This document shows positions 48,251 through 62,000 of a stretch of 64,000 nucleotides of DNA, one piece after another. Position numbers and translations under genes: made by a program. The number at the start of each line of letters is the position of its first letter. Within the stretch, counting starts at the first letter, position 1. This DNA is from Vicugna vicugna (taxonomy: Eukaryota). The notes beneath the pieces are model-generated. The model searched no databases. It saw nothing but the letters and a program-made list of their open reading frames with translations, and was not told the origin of the DNA. The stretch is taken from assembly GCA_013265495.1 (NCBI GenBank), contig MU057576.1:530982-594981 (forward strand), read 5' to 3'.

Positions 48251-48886
48251 TAAGACAGGAAGGAAGGGGGCAGGGCACAGCCATTCAAGGAATGACACAG
48301 CGGTTAACACCAAGATGGCAGAAGCTTCAACTCCCAGTACACCTTGAGGTTCAAGATGGGGGGGATTTGACTTCCGGTAGACCTTGAGCTTCATTATATG
48401 TTCATTATAATATATTAACATGGTAAGTGACACTCCCACAGGTGCTGTAACAGTTCCAAGGCTAACCACAAAGGGTCAAAAAGTGGGCGGTGACCCAATT
48501 CGTAGGAATCCCTGCCCCTTCTCCCAGAGTAGTCGGAATAATCCACCCACTCGTTAACATGTGAGTTACCCAGCCCATAAAAACTAACAACCCTGCACCT
48601 CGTGGTTGCTCTCTTGCCGTCTGAGACTGCCCACGCTCTGTCTATGCGTTGTGTATCTCCTTTTACTTTAAACTAAACACTCCCATGCCTTGTGGCCTCT
48701 CTGGCCTTCTGAGACTGCCTGCACCCTGCCTATGGAATGTGCATCTCACTGAATAAATCTACTTTCATTCAACTCTGGCTCACTGTGGATTCTTTCCTGC
48801 ATGAAGTTTGGCAGGGCATGTCCCAGGGACCCCTCACCTGAGACCCTGGTCACAACCATCCTCTTGCGCCCCACTTTCCTGTGTCA
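48251..48886 (+). mobile_element. MER41-like ERV1 solo LTR
   Basis: Ends TAAGACAGGAA...TTCCTGTGTCA. Contains CAAGATGG x2, GAATAATCCACC, CATAAAAA and AATAAA 48752-48757, then ACTTTCA...TTCTTTCCTGC; this layout matches recalled MER41. Internal ~50-bp duplication at 48609-48659 and 48697-48747. TSD not clean. Confidence 0.75.
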
Positions 48887-49214
48887 CAGCCACTCCTCAT
48901 GAACTCTCCCTGGGTGTTATTTTCACTCTTTCAAGATTCAGAGTCCAGTTGGTAGCGTTCCAGTTGGTTGGCTTAGGCTCAGTTCTATCCTGGGCTTTGG
49001 AGAAGTGGGAGGAGGAGGAATGCCTTCTCCAGCTGCCATAAGAAGGGTACAGCCTCAGTCTACCAGTGTTGTCCACAGAACACGGTCTGTGCAGACATAG
49101 GAAGATGATTTGAATACCAGGTGGCTAACAATCCCTTCCTGAATATCTACTCATAGTTGAGGTGACAGAGACCCAGATGTAAGGAAAGGAAAAATTGTGT
49201 AAGATTATGCACCA

Positions 49215-49990
49215 AACCAGCGGCATGCAGTTAAATGTTTAACAAAAGCTCTCCAGGGGAGGGGGGAAAAAAAAGCCCGGTTAATAATGTTCACCTATTT
49301 CTGCTGTGTAAGTACTCCCATCATGGCCAACTTCAAACGTGACATTACTGAACACAGAGTTGGCGAGACATGTAGGGTCGCGCACAATCACACTTCCGCC
49401 GTTCAGACGCTGCAGGTGTAAACAGCCCCGAGAGGTAACGGGAGTGTAAGGCCCATCGCTGTGTTGACTTAGAGCTGGCGTCTCAGAAGGGTAACCAGTC
49501 CTGCGTCTCTGAAGGAAAGGGTCCTGACCATTGTGTATAACTGTTTATGTACATTGCTGGATTTGATTTTCTAGCATTATTAGGAATTTTATGTTTAAGT
49601 TCATGAGGGATATTGGTCTTTGGTTTTCTCCTTGGGGTACTTTTTTTTTGTAATATTAGCTTTATAAAATGAGTTTGTAATGTTCCCTCTTCTACTGTGG
49701 AAAATATTGTGTAAAATTGGCATTAATTCTACTTATATGTTTAATTAAATTCTCCAGGGAAGTAAAAAAAAAATGGAAAAGAGAGAGATAATGGAAAAAT
49801 GCAGTAAACTAATTAGGGAGGGATGAGTTTTGAGTACTTATCACCTTTGCTTTAATGTAATATATTCAGCTGTGAATTTTCCTCATTTAATTTTTAATTA
49901 AAGCTGTGTTTAACAGCTGGAATGCACAATCCCAGAAAATTCAGGAACTGTCTCTCATGTGCCAATGCGAGGCTTCAGCACACCATGGTA
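49215..49990 (-). mobile_element. MER63-like hAT element with nested L1 fragment (~49530-49760)
   Basis: GATGAGTTTTGAGTACTTATCACCTTTG...GCTGTGTTTAACAGCTGG...CAGCACACCA matches reverse MER63 as recalled. TTCATGAGGGATATTGGTCT is antisense L1 ORF2. Confidence 0.6.
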
Positions 49991-50397
49991 CCAAATTGAT
50001 GGTAGGGAGAGCATGCTTTTATTCATTTTTTAAAAAATTTATGTTATTTTTTAAACAGTAGAATTAGGAATTTTTTTAAGTGTGTTTTCAGATAAGAATT
50101 TAATTTTAAAAAAACAACTCCACAGAAACTTTGACCCTTGTCTCTTCTCCCTTGGTTGAGAACAGTGTCAGCGGGCTCCCCAAATCCCAGTCACAACCTC
50201 CTCCAGCCGGCTTATGCAAGCGGATGGGAGACTGTGATCTCCAAAATGTAACTCGGGTTGGGTCACTCTTTTCCCCAAGTTTTCAGTCACTTTGAGCACA
50301 AACTCTCAGGCAAGATTTGAGCTCTACTTCCTTTCCAAATGTCTTCCATTCCTCCAGCTTGTGTCAGGGGTTTTCAAACCCTTCTACAGTGCTCACG

Positions 50398-50401
<4 letters not shown>

Positions 50402-50441
<40 letters not shown>
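50402..50441. repeat. (GT)~20 microsatellite
   Basis: Pure GT run. Confidence 0.98.
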
Positions 50442-50444
<3 letters not shown>

Positions 50445-52199
50445 AGTGAGTGTGCATGCTGAAGGCCTGTGAAGAGGACAAGATTTGGGGCACCAGCCCT
50501 TGCTTTCATCACAGCTGCTCTGACTCTATTTCACACCTTCCAGGGAAGATTTCATTTGGGAAAAAAGAGCATTCTGTTGCTAAAAGCCAAACATTTGAAA
50601 TGAACCATTTTAGTCCAACAGCATGGCTCACCCCAGTCAAGCACTCTCAAATCTGTATGCTCTCTTAAGACATCTTTTTTTTCATTTACTTCAACTGATG
50701 GTTTATTCAGTACTTCCTTTGGGCCAGGCACTGGGCATAAAGCAGCAGACAAGACAGACTGTCCCTCCCTGGGGAGCTCACAGTTTAGAGGAGTGACAAT
50801 AGATATTAGAAGAAATTCAGAAACAATGCCTTCCCTTTCCCCTCGCCCATCCTTTGAGGTTTCTCACAGAGGCCACAGATTTTATAAAATCATTTGACCT
50901 GCTTTTCCTACTGACCAGAACTCCCTTCTCCACGTGAACCTTGCGTGTCAAGGATGTTTGTTGCTTTCCCTGTCCAGCACCCTTTCCCTCACCTCCAGTT
51001 GACAGTACCTGGAACAGCCTTTGGGAGAACACCCCTCTGTTCCCTCTCTCTCTCCCAGCTCACTGGGTTCCAGTTGGTCTCCAGGAGTGAGCAAGTGACC
51101 CGAGCCTGGCCATCTGGCACCTAGACTCCTCCTTAGTCATAGCATCTGGTTCAGATCTGACCACCCCTGTCTACAAAGATTGGTCTGAGATGGATAAATG
51201 ATCCCAAATGGCCCATAGTGAATCCCAGACATTGTAGGAGCTTCAGGAAACAGATGCTCCCTTTTCTGCTGACTTTAAGCCCGAAAATATACACATCCAG
51301 AATTTTTGGCAACAAACCTGTTATGCTGTGGAGAGTGAAGCCAGCATGGAGGAAAGCAGACCTAGATGATGAGAAGAGACAGGACAGTTTCGATGCTGAA
51401 TGCTTGGATCAAGCAGCCCTGCAGCCTGACCCCTGGACATCACAGTTCCTTCAGCCATTAATTTCCCCTTTGGCTAAGTTAATTCTAAGTCAGCTTTTCT
51501 AAAAAGAATGCTGACTAATTTGCCATAGCAGAGCAGTTCTAACCTGGGCTCTCTAAAGCCAAAAGCTGGTATTTCTCTGACTCTAGCTCATTTGCTGCGA
51601 AGGAGCCCGGGCCTCTCCAGAGTTCTTCCCAGTAAGACACACTCCTCATGTGTGGTCGGCAAGCTATTCCTCTGCCATTTCTTTCTCTCCCACAAGGCTC
51701 TCTGGGGGTGAGGGGCCCCCTTTTCTGCAGAAGCTGAGAATCCTAACCCTGTCTCAGCCAGCCATCAAAGCAGCTGAGAGCCCATATTGAAGTCAGGGAT
51801 ATCCCCACCCTCTTAAGGCACTTCTTGCCTGGATCCAGGAGCTGAGGTCGCTGGTGGTCCAACCAAGGGCGTAAGGGTGCTGCTCCTGATCGTTTTTCTT
51901 CATAGCTCCACGCATGACGCCCTTGTCTTGTGCCAGGCACTATGCTGGGCATTTTACATTCGTTCTCGTACGTAATCCTCACAGCAACCTGAAGGTAATG
52001 CTGTACCCCCACTGAACAGAGAAAATTCCAGGCTCCAGGGCTAGTAAAGAGCAGAACAGGGTAACCGGACAGATGTGCTCAAGCACTGCTGGTGAATTGT
52101 GGCCACTAGGGATGGAGGGTAGCTTAAGTGTCGAAGGGGACGAAAAAGGAACATTTGGGACTGTAGGAAATTGAAACGATGGCCTTGGAAGCTACTTAG

Positions 52200-53000
52200 G
52201 GGTGAGACTGGGCGCGGCGCCGGGGCGGGCTAGAGCGGCAGTATGCCTCGCTACGATCCCTGGGCCACAGGGTTTTCCGCGCGCTGGGAGTCGGCAGGCG
52301 GGTGGGGGCGGCAGGTGGGGCGGGGCGGGGCGGGGCGGGGCTTCCCTGGGCCCGCCCCTTGCCCAGGTGAGGCGTCCGCCACCCGGGCTGGAAGGGGTGA
52401 TGTAACTCCTCGGTGCTCACGAGGTGTAGGGTTCCCTGGCCGTAGGGCCAGGCCTGTTTGGAGCCCCGGCCTTCGGCGACACGAAGGGTGGAGGGAGAGG
52501 GTGCCGCGCCCTGCGCGGCCCAGGTGTCGTCTCCGGAGGCGGAGTTTGGGAACCGGGCAGCGGGAGATTCCCGGCCAGACTAGACGGCGGGCGTCGAGGG
52601 GACAAAAGCCAGCCAGACGAGGCAGAGCCGGGCGGCGCGGGGAGTGCAGAGGGCAGGCAAAGGCCCAGGGCCGCCGGCATGTTCTCCCGAAACCACCGGA
52701 GCCGGGTCACCGTGGCCAGGGGCTCCGCCCTGGAGATGGAGTTCAAACGTGGCCGCTTCCGACTCAGCCTTTTCAGCGACCCTCCCGAGGTGAGAGACCC
52801 GCGTCCCTGCCTTCCCCTGCCCGGGCTCCAGCGGTCGGGCCGCCCGGGCCTCCCGCCCCTGGCCGCGCGCGCGGAGGGGCGGAGACGCCGCGGGCCGGGT
52901 ACGCACCAGCGGTTGTTGACTTAAAAAGTCGGGGCAGACCGTCTGCGCGTTACTCGGGCTGAGCCACCCGAGACGTTCCCTGGCCCAGTCAGGACGATTT
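52200..53000. promoter_or_regulatory. RTKN promoter 1 CpG island with (GGGGC)5 GC-box array
   Basis: CpG-rich; GGGGC x5 at 52317-52341. Confidence 0.8.
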
Positions 53001-56000
53001 GCCTCGGCCTGGAAAATCTCTGGGTTGGCTTCAATTTAAGGGGCTCTAGGCTCGATTCCTAAAATGTGCCTGGACCCCGGCCCCTCGGAGCAAAGAGTGG
53101 TGTGCAACTAGGCGGGCCCTAACAGCTCGTATTCCCGGCCTCCAGCCGCCTCCCACAACCTGTCTCAACCGTCTGGGACAGCCACTATCACCAATCTCAC
53201 CCAGGTCTGCCCGCTTTGCTGAAACCCTCCCTAACTGCTCCTCTGTGGCTAGGAGAGTCAGGAGGAAGAAGGGGAGGAGGTGTGTCCCTATTAACGATTT
53301 GGAATTATCTCCCACACTCAAACGTTCAGCCTCCTTTCCTGGGGCTTAAGAGAGGTCTAGCCTCTAGTCTGACAATTGGTTCCCCAGCCCAACACCCTAC
53401 ACGCTACCCAGGTCCGAGCCCCACCTGTAACTCCCTAAAAGGGCTGAAAGGTGTGGAGCTGAGCTAGGACTGAGAGGGCGAGTCTGCCCTCTCAGAAGAC
53501 AGACTCTGAGGCTGTCGCCGTGGTCAGCTCTCCTTCCCTGCTGGGCCTGGAAATGGTTAAGTGAGGGGGCCTTCTTCCCTCCTCCCTGCCGGGATTCCAG
53601 GCCTGGCTTCTGCCCTTTCCCCCCCAGACTGCCCAGAACAAAGGCTCTTTCATACCCGTGTCCCAGTGTCCCGGGCCTTCTCTGACTCAGAAGCCAGCGG
53701 ACCTGGGGGAGAGAGCTTCCGTCACGCCGCGTGGGGCCAGCGTGGGGGCGGGAGGGGCAAGGCCCGGGGACCAGGAGGAGGGGCCTGCGGGCGGGGGCGC
53801 CCCGCCCCCGGGATAGGCCCGGCCTTTTGGGGGCCGTCGGGGAGGAGCCGGGGCGGAGCCACTGGGCCCCGGCTGAGAGGAGTGTGACTCCGTGGGCCTG
53901 CGGGGAGGGGTGGGGGGCAAAGCTGCAGCTGGCTGGGAATCGGGGCTGGTTTCCTGTCTGGAAGGGAAGGGGCCCGCAGAGGGGAGAGGGGCAGCAGCAG
54001 CCAGGCACACCCCTGCCTTTCTCTCTCCCTCTCCTCCCTTCTGCTGGAAAAACGAGGTAATTGTGAGCCCGGGGTGGGGGTCGGTCTGGATGGGGGACCC
54101 AAGTTGGAAGAGGTGGCCCTAGGGGTGGGGCTACTCTTACCCCTCTGTCACACTCCCTGGGCTCACTCAAGTCCTCATCTCTTTCCCTCTTCTTCCTCAA
54201 ACTAAGCCAGAGCCACTTTCAGAAGGCTCCAACCTCCTGGCAAACCCCACGGCCCTGTAGAACCTGCATGAAGTGTCCCCTCCCTGCCCCCTTCCAGTTG
54301 TGCCTGCCCCTCACACCCTGCAGCACACAGATTCTCTGTCCACTCGGCCAGGGATGTGGGCGGGGGCTGGGGAGGGGCCAGAGTCGGAATGAAAGGGCCC
54401 TTTTCTTCCACAGCTGGGGGAACAGCTGCCACCAAAGCAAGACTGGACACTCTGTGCCCAGAACCCCCTCTGCAGCTGGCCTGCCCTCTCGGGACCCTGC
54501 TCATCCTCACCCCATTTTCCTCTCCTCCCATGCCTGGCTCCCACCAGGGCCCTGGAACAGCGGGTAGGCAAGGGAAGTTTGTCACAGCAGCCAGAAGGGT
54601 CTAACAGGAGTGCACGGAGGACAGGGGCTGCCTCTGCCCTCTGCCCAAGAACTACCCACCTCTTTCAAGACAAGGGGAGCAGCAAGAGAAGGAATTGTGG
54701 GGCAGCGTGGAGCTTGCTCGCTTCACTCCTCTGGAGGGGTCAACAAGGGAAGGGGCACCAGGGGGCAGAGAGATGCAGGACAGATTGCACATCCTGGAGG
54801 ACCTGAATATGCTCTACATCCGGCAGATGGCGCTCAGCCTGGAGGTAACGCCCCCACCCCTGGAGTGCACCTCCTTCACAGCGCCCAGCCCCAGTCTCTG
54901 CTCTGCCCATTCCTGCTGGGCTAATCCGGGAGAGTGGGGTCTGCTGAAAGTGGGAAGATGGGCAGGTGGTTCTGTATACCGTTCGTTGGGTGCTATGTGT
55001 AGACCCAGGCTCAGTTCTGCCAATTAGAGTATCACGTTGGCAACAGGGTCTTCACACCAATTTCTGGAAGCCTTGTGGGTGGGTGTGGACGTGTGTTCTG
55101 GGGCTAAGGGCTCCTTTTAGGTATGGGAAGAACAGAGGTGTTCAATATGAGAGAGGCTGGCAGGAAGGTGATGGCCTTACCAGAAAAGGGGAAGAGGACT
55201 CTGGGGCAGGATATAAGGATTCTGTGGCCCTGAAGATGGCAGGGCACTGTTTATCCATTTATTTATTCATTATCACATTTACTGAACACCTACTATATGC
55301 CAGGCTCCTTTCTAGATCTTGGGATACCTCAGTGACCAAAACAGGAAAGGTCCATTCTACTGACGGAACAGATAATAAACATGCAAACACACAAATTATC
55401 CCACACAGTGACATGATGATGAAAACCGGGTGGGGGTGTACTAAACATCAGGTAGGGGAGGCAGCATTAGATGCAGGGGTCAGGGAAGGCCTCTGCGAGA
55501 TCTTTGAGCTGTGACCAGAAACATACAAAGATGTGTGAAGGTCGGAGGAAGGGCTTTCCAGCAGAGGGCATAGCAAGGGTAAAGGCCCTTATGTAAGAAT
55601 GACGGTGATACGTTTGGGGAAGAAAGAGAGCCAGTGTGGCTGGAACATAATAGTTGGGATTGAGCTGATGGGCAGGGGCCAGATTATACAGGGCTTTGAA
55701 GGCCAATGCAAGGCACTTAGATTTTACTCTAAATGGGATGTTGGCCCATGGAAGGGTTTTAAGCAGGGAGACGACTCATCTAATGTTTTTAAATGATGGC
55801 TGCTGTGTTTTAAATGAATAGGCTAGGCAGGGGTGGGGCGTGGAAGAAGGAAGGGTTGGCAAGGGGGGTAGCAGAAGACCTCCAGCTGGGAGGTTGTTAC
55901 AGCCTTGGGGGAGTGAACCTGGTGGTGTGAATTAAATGCTGATGGTGGAGGGAGGGAGAAGGGGGTGGGTTTCAGAAGATGGCGGTAGATCTGATAGGGC

Positions 56001-59000
56001 TTGCTGATGGACTGGATGTGCGGAGTACAGCAGAGAGAGGACTCCAGGATGTTTTCCCCCGACTTGTGACTATGCAACTGGGCAGTGTGGTCATTTACTG
56101 AGATGGGGAAAATAGAAGGAGCTGTGGAAGTGACCGCCTGGACCAGGCAGGGACTTGCTGCTGAGGGAGGTCAGAGGCAGGACAATAGAGTCTAGCTCAA
56201 AAAGGCAATTTATTGCTTGTGTTGCTCCCCCAACCCCATCCCTACTTCTTAGATCATGGCAGACATTACTAGTCAATCATGGCACTCTTCACCAACAAAC
56301 CCACACATGGCCTCAGAATCTTTCTTCACACAACTTTGGCATACATTATGCAGGTTGTGTCCTTCACAAGGGCACTGGGCAGTGGCATTAGTCCTGGCCT
56401 GGTTTTGGGCTGTGTGATGGGGGGGGGCCTTTATCTAATTTGTTTGCCTGGAGAAGATCATCTTTTTCTAAAATTTAGAAAGGTGCCCAACAAGCACCCT
56501 GGAACTCTGACACTACCTGTTTTCCTGGGCTGGTACATGGGATCAAACCTATTTGCCAGCCCTAGTCCTCCGTACCGCCCATGTTACTAGTTACATGAGG
56601 CTATTTAAATTCAAAATGAAGTTAATTGAAATAAAATAAAAAATTTAGTTCTTTCATTACTCTAGCCACATTTCAAGTGCTAGATGGCTACTGAACATTT
56701 TCATCATCGCAGACCTTACCGGACATGGATGGTCTAGGTATTTAAATGTTTAATTTGGCATCCCTTCCCCTCCATGTAAGTTTTCTTCATAGGAGCTCTG
56801 CCCAAGTTCTGGGACAGAAGAGGGAGCTTAGATTTTACTTTGGTCATCTCTTGTTCAGCCATGGGTTGGCTAAGGGCGCTTCGTTCCTTCTCCATGAAGC
56901 TGAGCAGTTCCCCAACTCCCATCCTCCTGGTGTTTCTGGGATTAGCAAGAGAGGTAGTCATGGAAGTGTAAACACAAGACTTTCTGGAGGAGAACACTTA
57001 AGCTCTCCCTAAGTAAAGGGGAGGTGGGAGTGCTGGGCCCAGGTAGAGGTCAGACTTTCCCATTTTAATCCTCAAACAGTGATATGAAGGACATGGAATA
57101 CCCCGAAATTTACCAACTGAGATCTCCAGAGGTTAAGTTCTCACAGCTAGTCAAGTTCATAAGCCAGGATTTGAAATTAGCCCTGGGGGAGATTCTAAAG
57201 GGAACAGGAGGTGGTGGGAAGCAGAGCAGGAAGTCAGAGATAGAAGCGAGTGGGAGGGACTGGAAAGGATGTGCACGAGGGCCTAATGTGCACTGGGCCT
57301 TCTGCCATGACTCATCCTCCTTCAGCCCCTTGGGCCCTGACCCAGGTCCCACTGACATCCAGCTGAGGGCTCTTTCCCAGGAGAGTGTGGTGGCAGCACT
57401 GTCTGCCGGGGCGGGGGAGGAGCTATCCCTGAGGGAGGGAGATGGGGCGAAGCTCAGGCATACGGAGCCCGCTTCAGTATTTCAGAGATGATCAGCCCGA
57501 AGGGTGAGATTTCCTGATGCTCTCACCATCAGGCCCTGGGAGAGTGGATTCGAATGGAAGGGCAGTGGTGGGGGTATGGTAGCCGGGGTAGTGTCTGGGC
57601 CCCCAGTCCGGCTCTTCCTGGCTGGTCACAGCGACTTCTCTGCAGCTCCAGTTAATTCCAGATTAGACAGCGTCCCCCTCCCGCATGCTCCCAGGCAAGG
57701 AGTCACCTGGGAGGGCAACTGCAGCGTGGTCGGGCCTCCTGGCCTCCGGCACCTCCGCGGCCTGCAGCCCTTTCCTGGGCGAGGCCGGTGCTCCTGGAGG
57801 TACCTTCCCATCTCGACTGGGTCCCTGTGGTAGCGCCACCCGGAGCCTAGCCCAGCCGGGACCGCAGGAGCGCCGGCGCCCCGGGGCCCCCGGGCCGCTC
57901 TCGCGGCAGTTGGGAGCTGACGTCACCGCCGCCGCGGGCGGGGGCGGGGCGGCTCCTCTGGCCGGTGCACAGCCCGCACTGGCGCCGCACTGGCGCCGCA
58001 CAGGCAATGGCCAGGGCTAGGGAAGAATCCGTGAGTGCTGGGGCCGGGACCAAGAGGCTAGTCAGGAGGGGGCCTCGGGGTGCTGCTCTGCTGCAACCCC
58101 CTCAGCTGTTTGGGGTGTTTGTGTAGAAGCTGGATGCAGAATGGGATGAGGGGTGGCAAGCAGCAAAGCGCAGCAGAAGTGGGACGCTGCTGCAGGCGGA
58201 CTTAGTGGGGGTGGGGGCATTTGCGTAGTCTGAGGGCTTCCTGGGGGAGGGGGCATTGGGACCGGGTTGGTCTATTTCTAAAGGGTGAGGAAGGGAAAGG
58301 TAGATGGTGAGGGTGATGAGAGTCTGGCTTAGCCCAAGTAGGGAAGGGAGAATCTGCAGGGATGCTGGAAAAGGCAATTCCTGGAAGCAGGAACTTAGGG
58401 TGCTCAAGGCTTGGAGATTTGAAGGCTGGGGCCACCAGGGGCAGAAGCAAGGGCACAGAATGTGGGAGAGCTGGTGTGAGGGGGAAGATGGATTTTGGTT
58501 TGGGGCAGTCACATTCGCCCTCCTCTTTCAACCCGGTGGCTCCACTTGGCTTGTCTGATTTGTACACTGTAAGGGGGTTAGTCTTTCACCTCCTTTCTGA
58601 AGCCTTCCCGTTCACCTCAGCTAGAAGCAAATAGGGTCTGTTTCCTGTGAGCGTGTTTGTGCCATGACATGGCACTTATGGAGCAGCCATTAATGTCTGC
58701 ACCTCTCACCTCCCAGCCGATTTCGAACGTGGAGCTTTGCACAGCAGAGAGATGCTCCAGTGTTTGTTGGGTGAATGCTACTGGAGCCAAAGTAGCGTCA
58801 TTGAAATAAGCACCCCTACCATTCATGTAGATCATATGCTGGGCATTGTGCTCAAAGCCTGCTCAGCCCCTCACTGCTGACCTCCTGCTTCACCTGCCTT
58901 CCCATCCCGACTCCTGGCCTCTGTCCTCACCTCCCAAACTCAGAGGGCCAGCAGGTGGCAGATTCCCAAATCTGGGGTGTGTAGAGTGCGTCCTTGTGCA

Positions 59001-62000
59001 GCATGGGTGAGCACTGCAGGCGGTTGCGCCTTCTCCGCTGACCCCTTGCCAACTAGATGTCCTCTCTCATCACTTGAGCCTTTGGGGTGGCCCAGCATGG
59101 CCTTTACTATCTGTGGCCATTCCCTTTAGGTGGTGGTTCCAGCCCGGGCTGTACCTCAGAGTCACGTGGGAAATTTTCCCAAAAATGCACTTAGAGATTC
59201 TCATTTTGCTGATCTGAGGTGGGGCCTGGTGATTTTTTTTAACTCAGATTTAAGTTTTTAAAAGGTAACAATTTCTAATAGTACAATAATAAAGAAGGGT
59301 ATTTATAAAGTATCATAAATCAGTTTATCATTTCTGGCTCCCGGCCCCACAACCACTATTTTATGCATATCTACTGATATGGATATGCATGTATAGATAT
59401 CCTGCACAAATGGCAGCATGCTATATTGTTCTACTTTTTTTTACTCATTTCATATATTTTGAAGATGATTTAAGTTTTGCACACATGTCTACCTTAGTTT
59501 TTAATGTCCGGAATATTCCACATATCATGGTTTAGATGTGCTGAGACTTATTGAACCAATGCCTTGTTGAAGGACTTATAATCTTGGTGTTTTGAAATGA
59601 TGCAATGAACATGGCTCTGCCCACATGTGTGATGATAACCTGTGGGATAAACTCCTGGATATTGGATAGCTGGATCAGAGGATATGTGAATTTGGAGTTT
59701 TTACAGATTTTTTCAAATTACGCTCAAATGAGGCTGTTGAAATGTTTACTCCCAGAGGGCACCTGTGGTTTTACAAAGCTTCTCTGGTAATTGTTGGGCA
59801 GCTGAGATCGAGACGCAACCCTTGTCCCTTAGTCGCCTGGGACGTAAGTTTTTTCTTGTCAGTTTCTCAGGGCCTACAGTCCACGTGGAGATGGGAGGGT
59901 GCTTTGGCCTGTCTGTCCTCTGACTGCCATTTCCTCTGACTGGCCAGGACACAGAGTTGCAGAGGAAGCTAGACCATGAGATCCGGATGAGGGAAGGGGC
60001 CTGTAAGCTGCTGGCGGCCTGCTCCCAGCGAGAGCAGGCTCTGGAGGCCACCAAGAGCCTGCTGGTGTGCAACAGCCGCGTCCTGAGCTACATGGGCGAG
60101 CTGCAGCGGCGCAAGGAGGCGCAGGTGCTGGGAAAGACAGGCCGGCGGTGAGCACGGGGCGGGGGCAAGACTTTGTGGGGGACAGCGGGGCGGCGTGTGT
60201 GCACATGGAGTATGGCCCACCCTGAGGCCGATGTCCTCGTGAAGACTTTTCAGAAGTCACCTTGGTGTTTTACCACCACAGTGTGCTGCCCAGAGGGCCA
60301 CCAGTGAATTTCTGGGGCTGGGCTCAGGGGAGCCAGTGTATCTGGTAAAAGGCTGGTGGTATTTCTGAGGGGCAGTAATGCAAACGCCCTCATTTGCTAA
60401 GCCCTGCCTGTGATCTGAGGACGCCGGCTGGCTGGCTTCTGGAAAGCTGATTTCCTCAAAGCCAGTTCACCAAGTGGCCAATTTACCTAACTGACAATAA
60501 ATAGTTCATTGTAGCTGGGATTCACCTCATCACAGAGATGAGGCAGGGACTGGGAAGGGAAATAATGGGGGAAAAATTAAGGGAATGCCTACCTATTCAC
60601 ATAAACTAAATTGTATATTCGAAAGGACTCAACTCGCAGCCTACACTGACATTAGATGCTGCTGATCTAACAAATCTGCAGTGAAATCTGCTCTCGTAAA
60701 TCTAAAACATAGGAGAAAATATTTGGCAAATTGATCACTCTGAGAGCTGGCCATTTTTGGTAAATTGCTCTTTCGGAAAACTGGCTTCTGGCAAAGTAGC
60801 CTGCTTGACCCCACAAAGCTGAGTGGGAGAAAGTCCTGGCCCCGCAATGACATGGTGTCCATCCCAGCTCAGCACACAGGGGAGGCTGCCAGGAGCCCTC
60901 CAGAGCTCACCCATGAAGACACCAGGGGAAGGCAGAAAACCTCCTGTGGCTGCTCTGTCACATTAGAGAAAGGGCAGGCAGGCACGGGGACAGTTTGAAC
61001 CGAAAGTTTGCTGTTTCCTGAGAGGCAGCCATTGACAGGCTCTGCCCTGCCCAAGTCCCCACACGGCCCATACAGCGTGACCTGAGCTATACCTCGAGTC
61101 CCTGGCAGCTAAACACATTGCCATCAGTGCCAAATCGTTTAGCTTAAGGCTGTACTAAGTCACTTATTTCATATAATGAAGTACGAATTAATACAGTTCC
61201 TTAGGAGAGGAACACGTGCCTGGTGAGTCTGATGGGCGGTGGGAGGAAGGTTGGGTGCCCCCCTGCAGTGGGGGGGGTGTCTAGGGAACTTGGGACACTG
61301 GGAAGGCTCAGCCCACCCAGCCAGGAGGGTAAAGGAGGAGGCAAGACTGAGAGGGGGGATGGAGAGAGGTTTGTGGCAAATGGAACACAAATGCACCCTC
61401 CTTGGGATCTTGGTTTTCAGACTGACCCAGTACCTTTCTTTGTCAAAGTGATGAGATGGTGAAGACAGGCAGCCTCCTTTGTTGCTAAAAGGAAAGCCTG
61501 CAAACTCCAAGCCTGGGGGTTAATGGAGAAGAGTCCTTGAAAGGGAGTCTCTCTGTGGGCACCGTCCCCTCCAGCCCCACCTGCCCCTGGCAGAGGTCTG
61601 GGGAGGTGGTCAGGGAGGGAGCCTGGGGGCGGCTGCCTGAGTGTGTGGGGTGTGTGTGTGCTGAGTCCCTCTTGCATTCCCCAGCCCAGCAACCTCCGGG
61701 CTGCTGACAGCTCTCCCTGACAGTCCCTCAGCCCTTGCCATGTCAGCCTGGCTGGGACCTGGTGGCTGGGTCCTGGACCTGGGAGGGTTCCCAGAGCCCT
61801 TGGGGACCAGAGCCAGGAGGAATAATGTCTAGAGGCCAGGGTAGGATTTGTGATTTGCCCACAGGCCTTCTGACAGTGGGCCACCCGCTGAGCGCTCCCC
61901 CTGCCGTGGCCGGGTCTGCATCTCTGGTAAGCAGCACAGCCACCCCAGCTGTTGGCGCTCCTTGCCCGACAAGATGTCCTGCCCCATCACAACATCTATC

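Noticed and set aside
47661..48886. Two adjacent LTRs as the ends of one provirus
   Set aside because: They are different sequences, the first has its own TSD, and there is no PBS or gag/pol between them.
53397..54200. 267-aa minus-strand ORF in RTKN intron 1
   Set aside because: Pro/Gly/Arg-rich product of GC-rich sequence with a non-ATG start.
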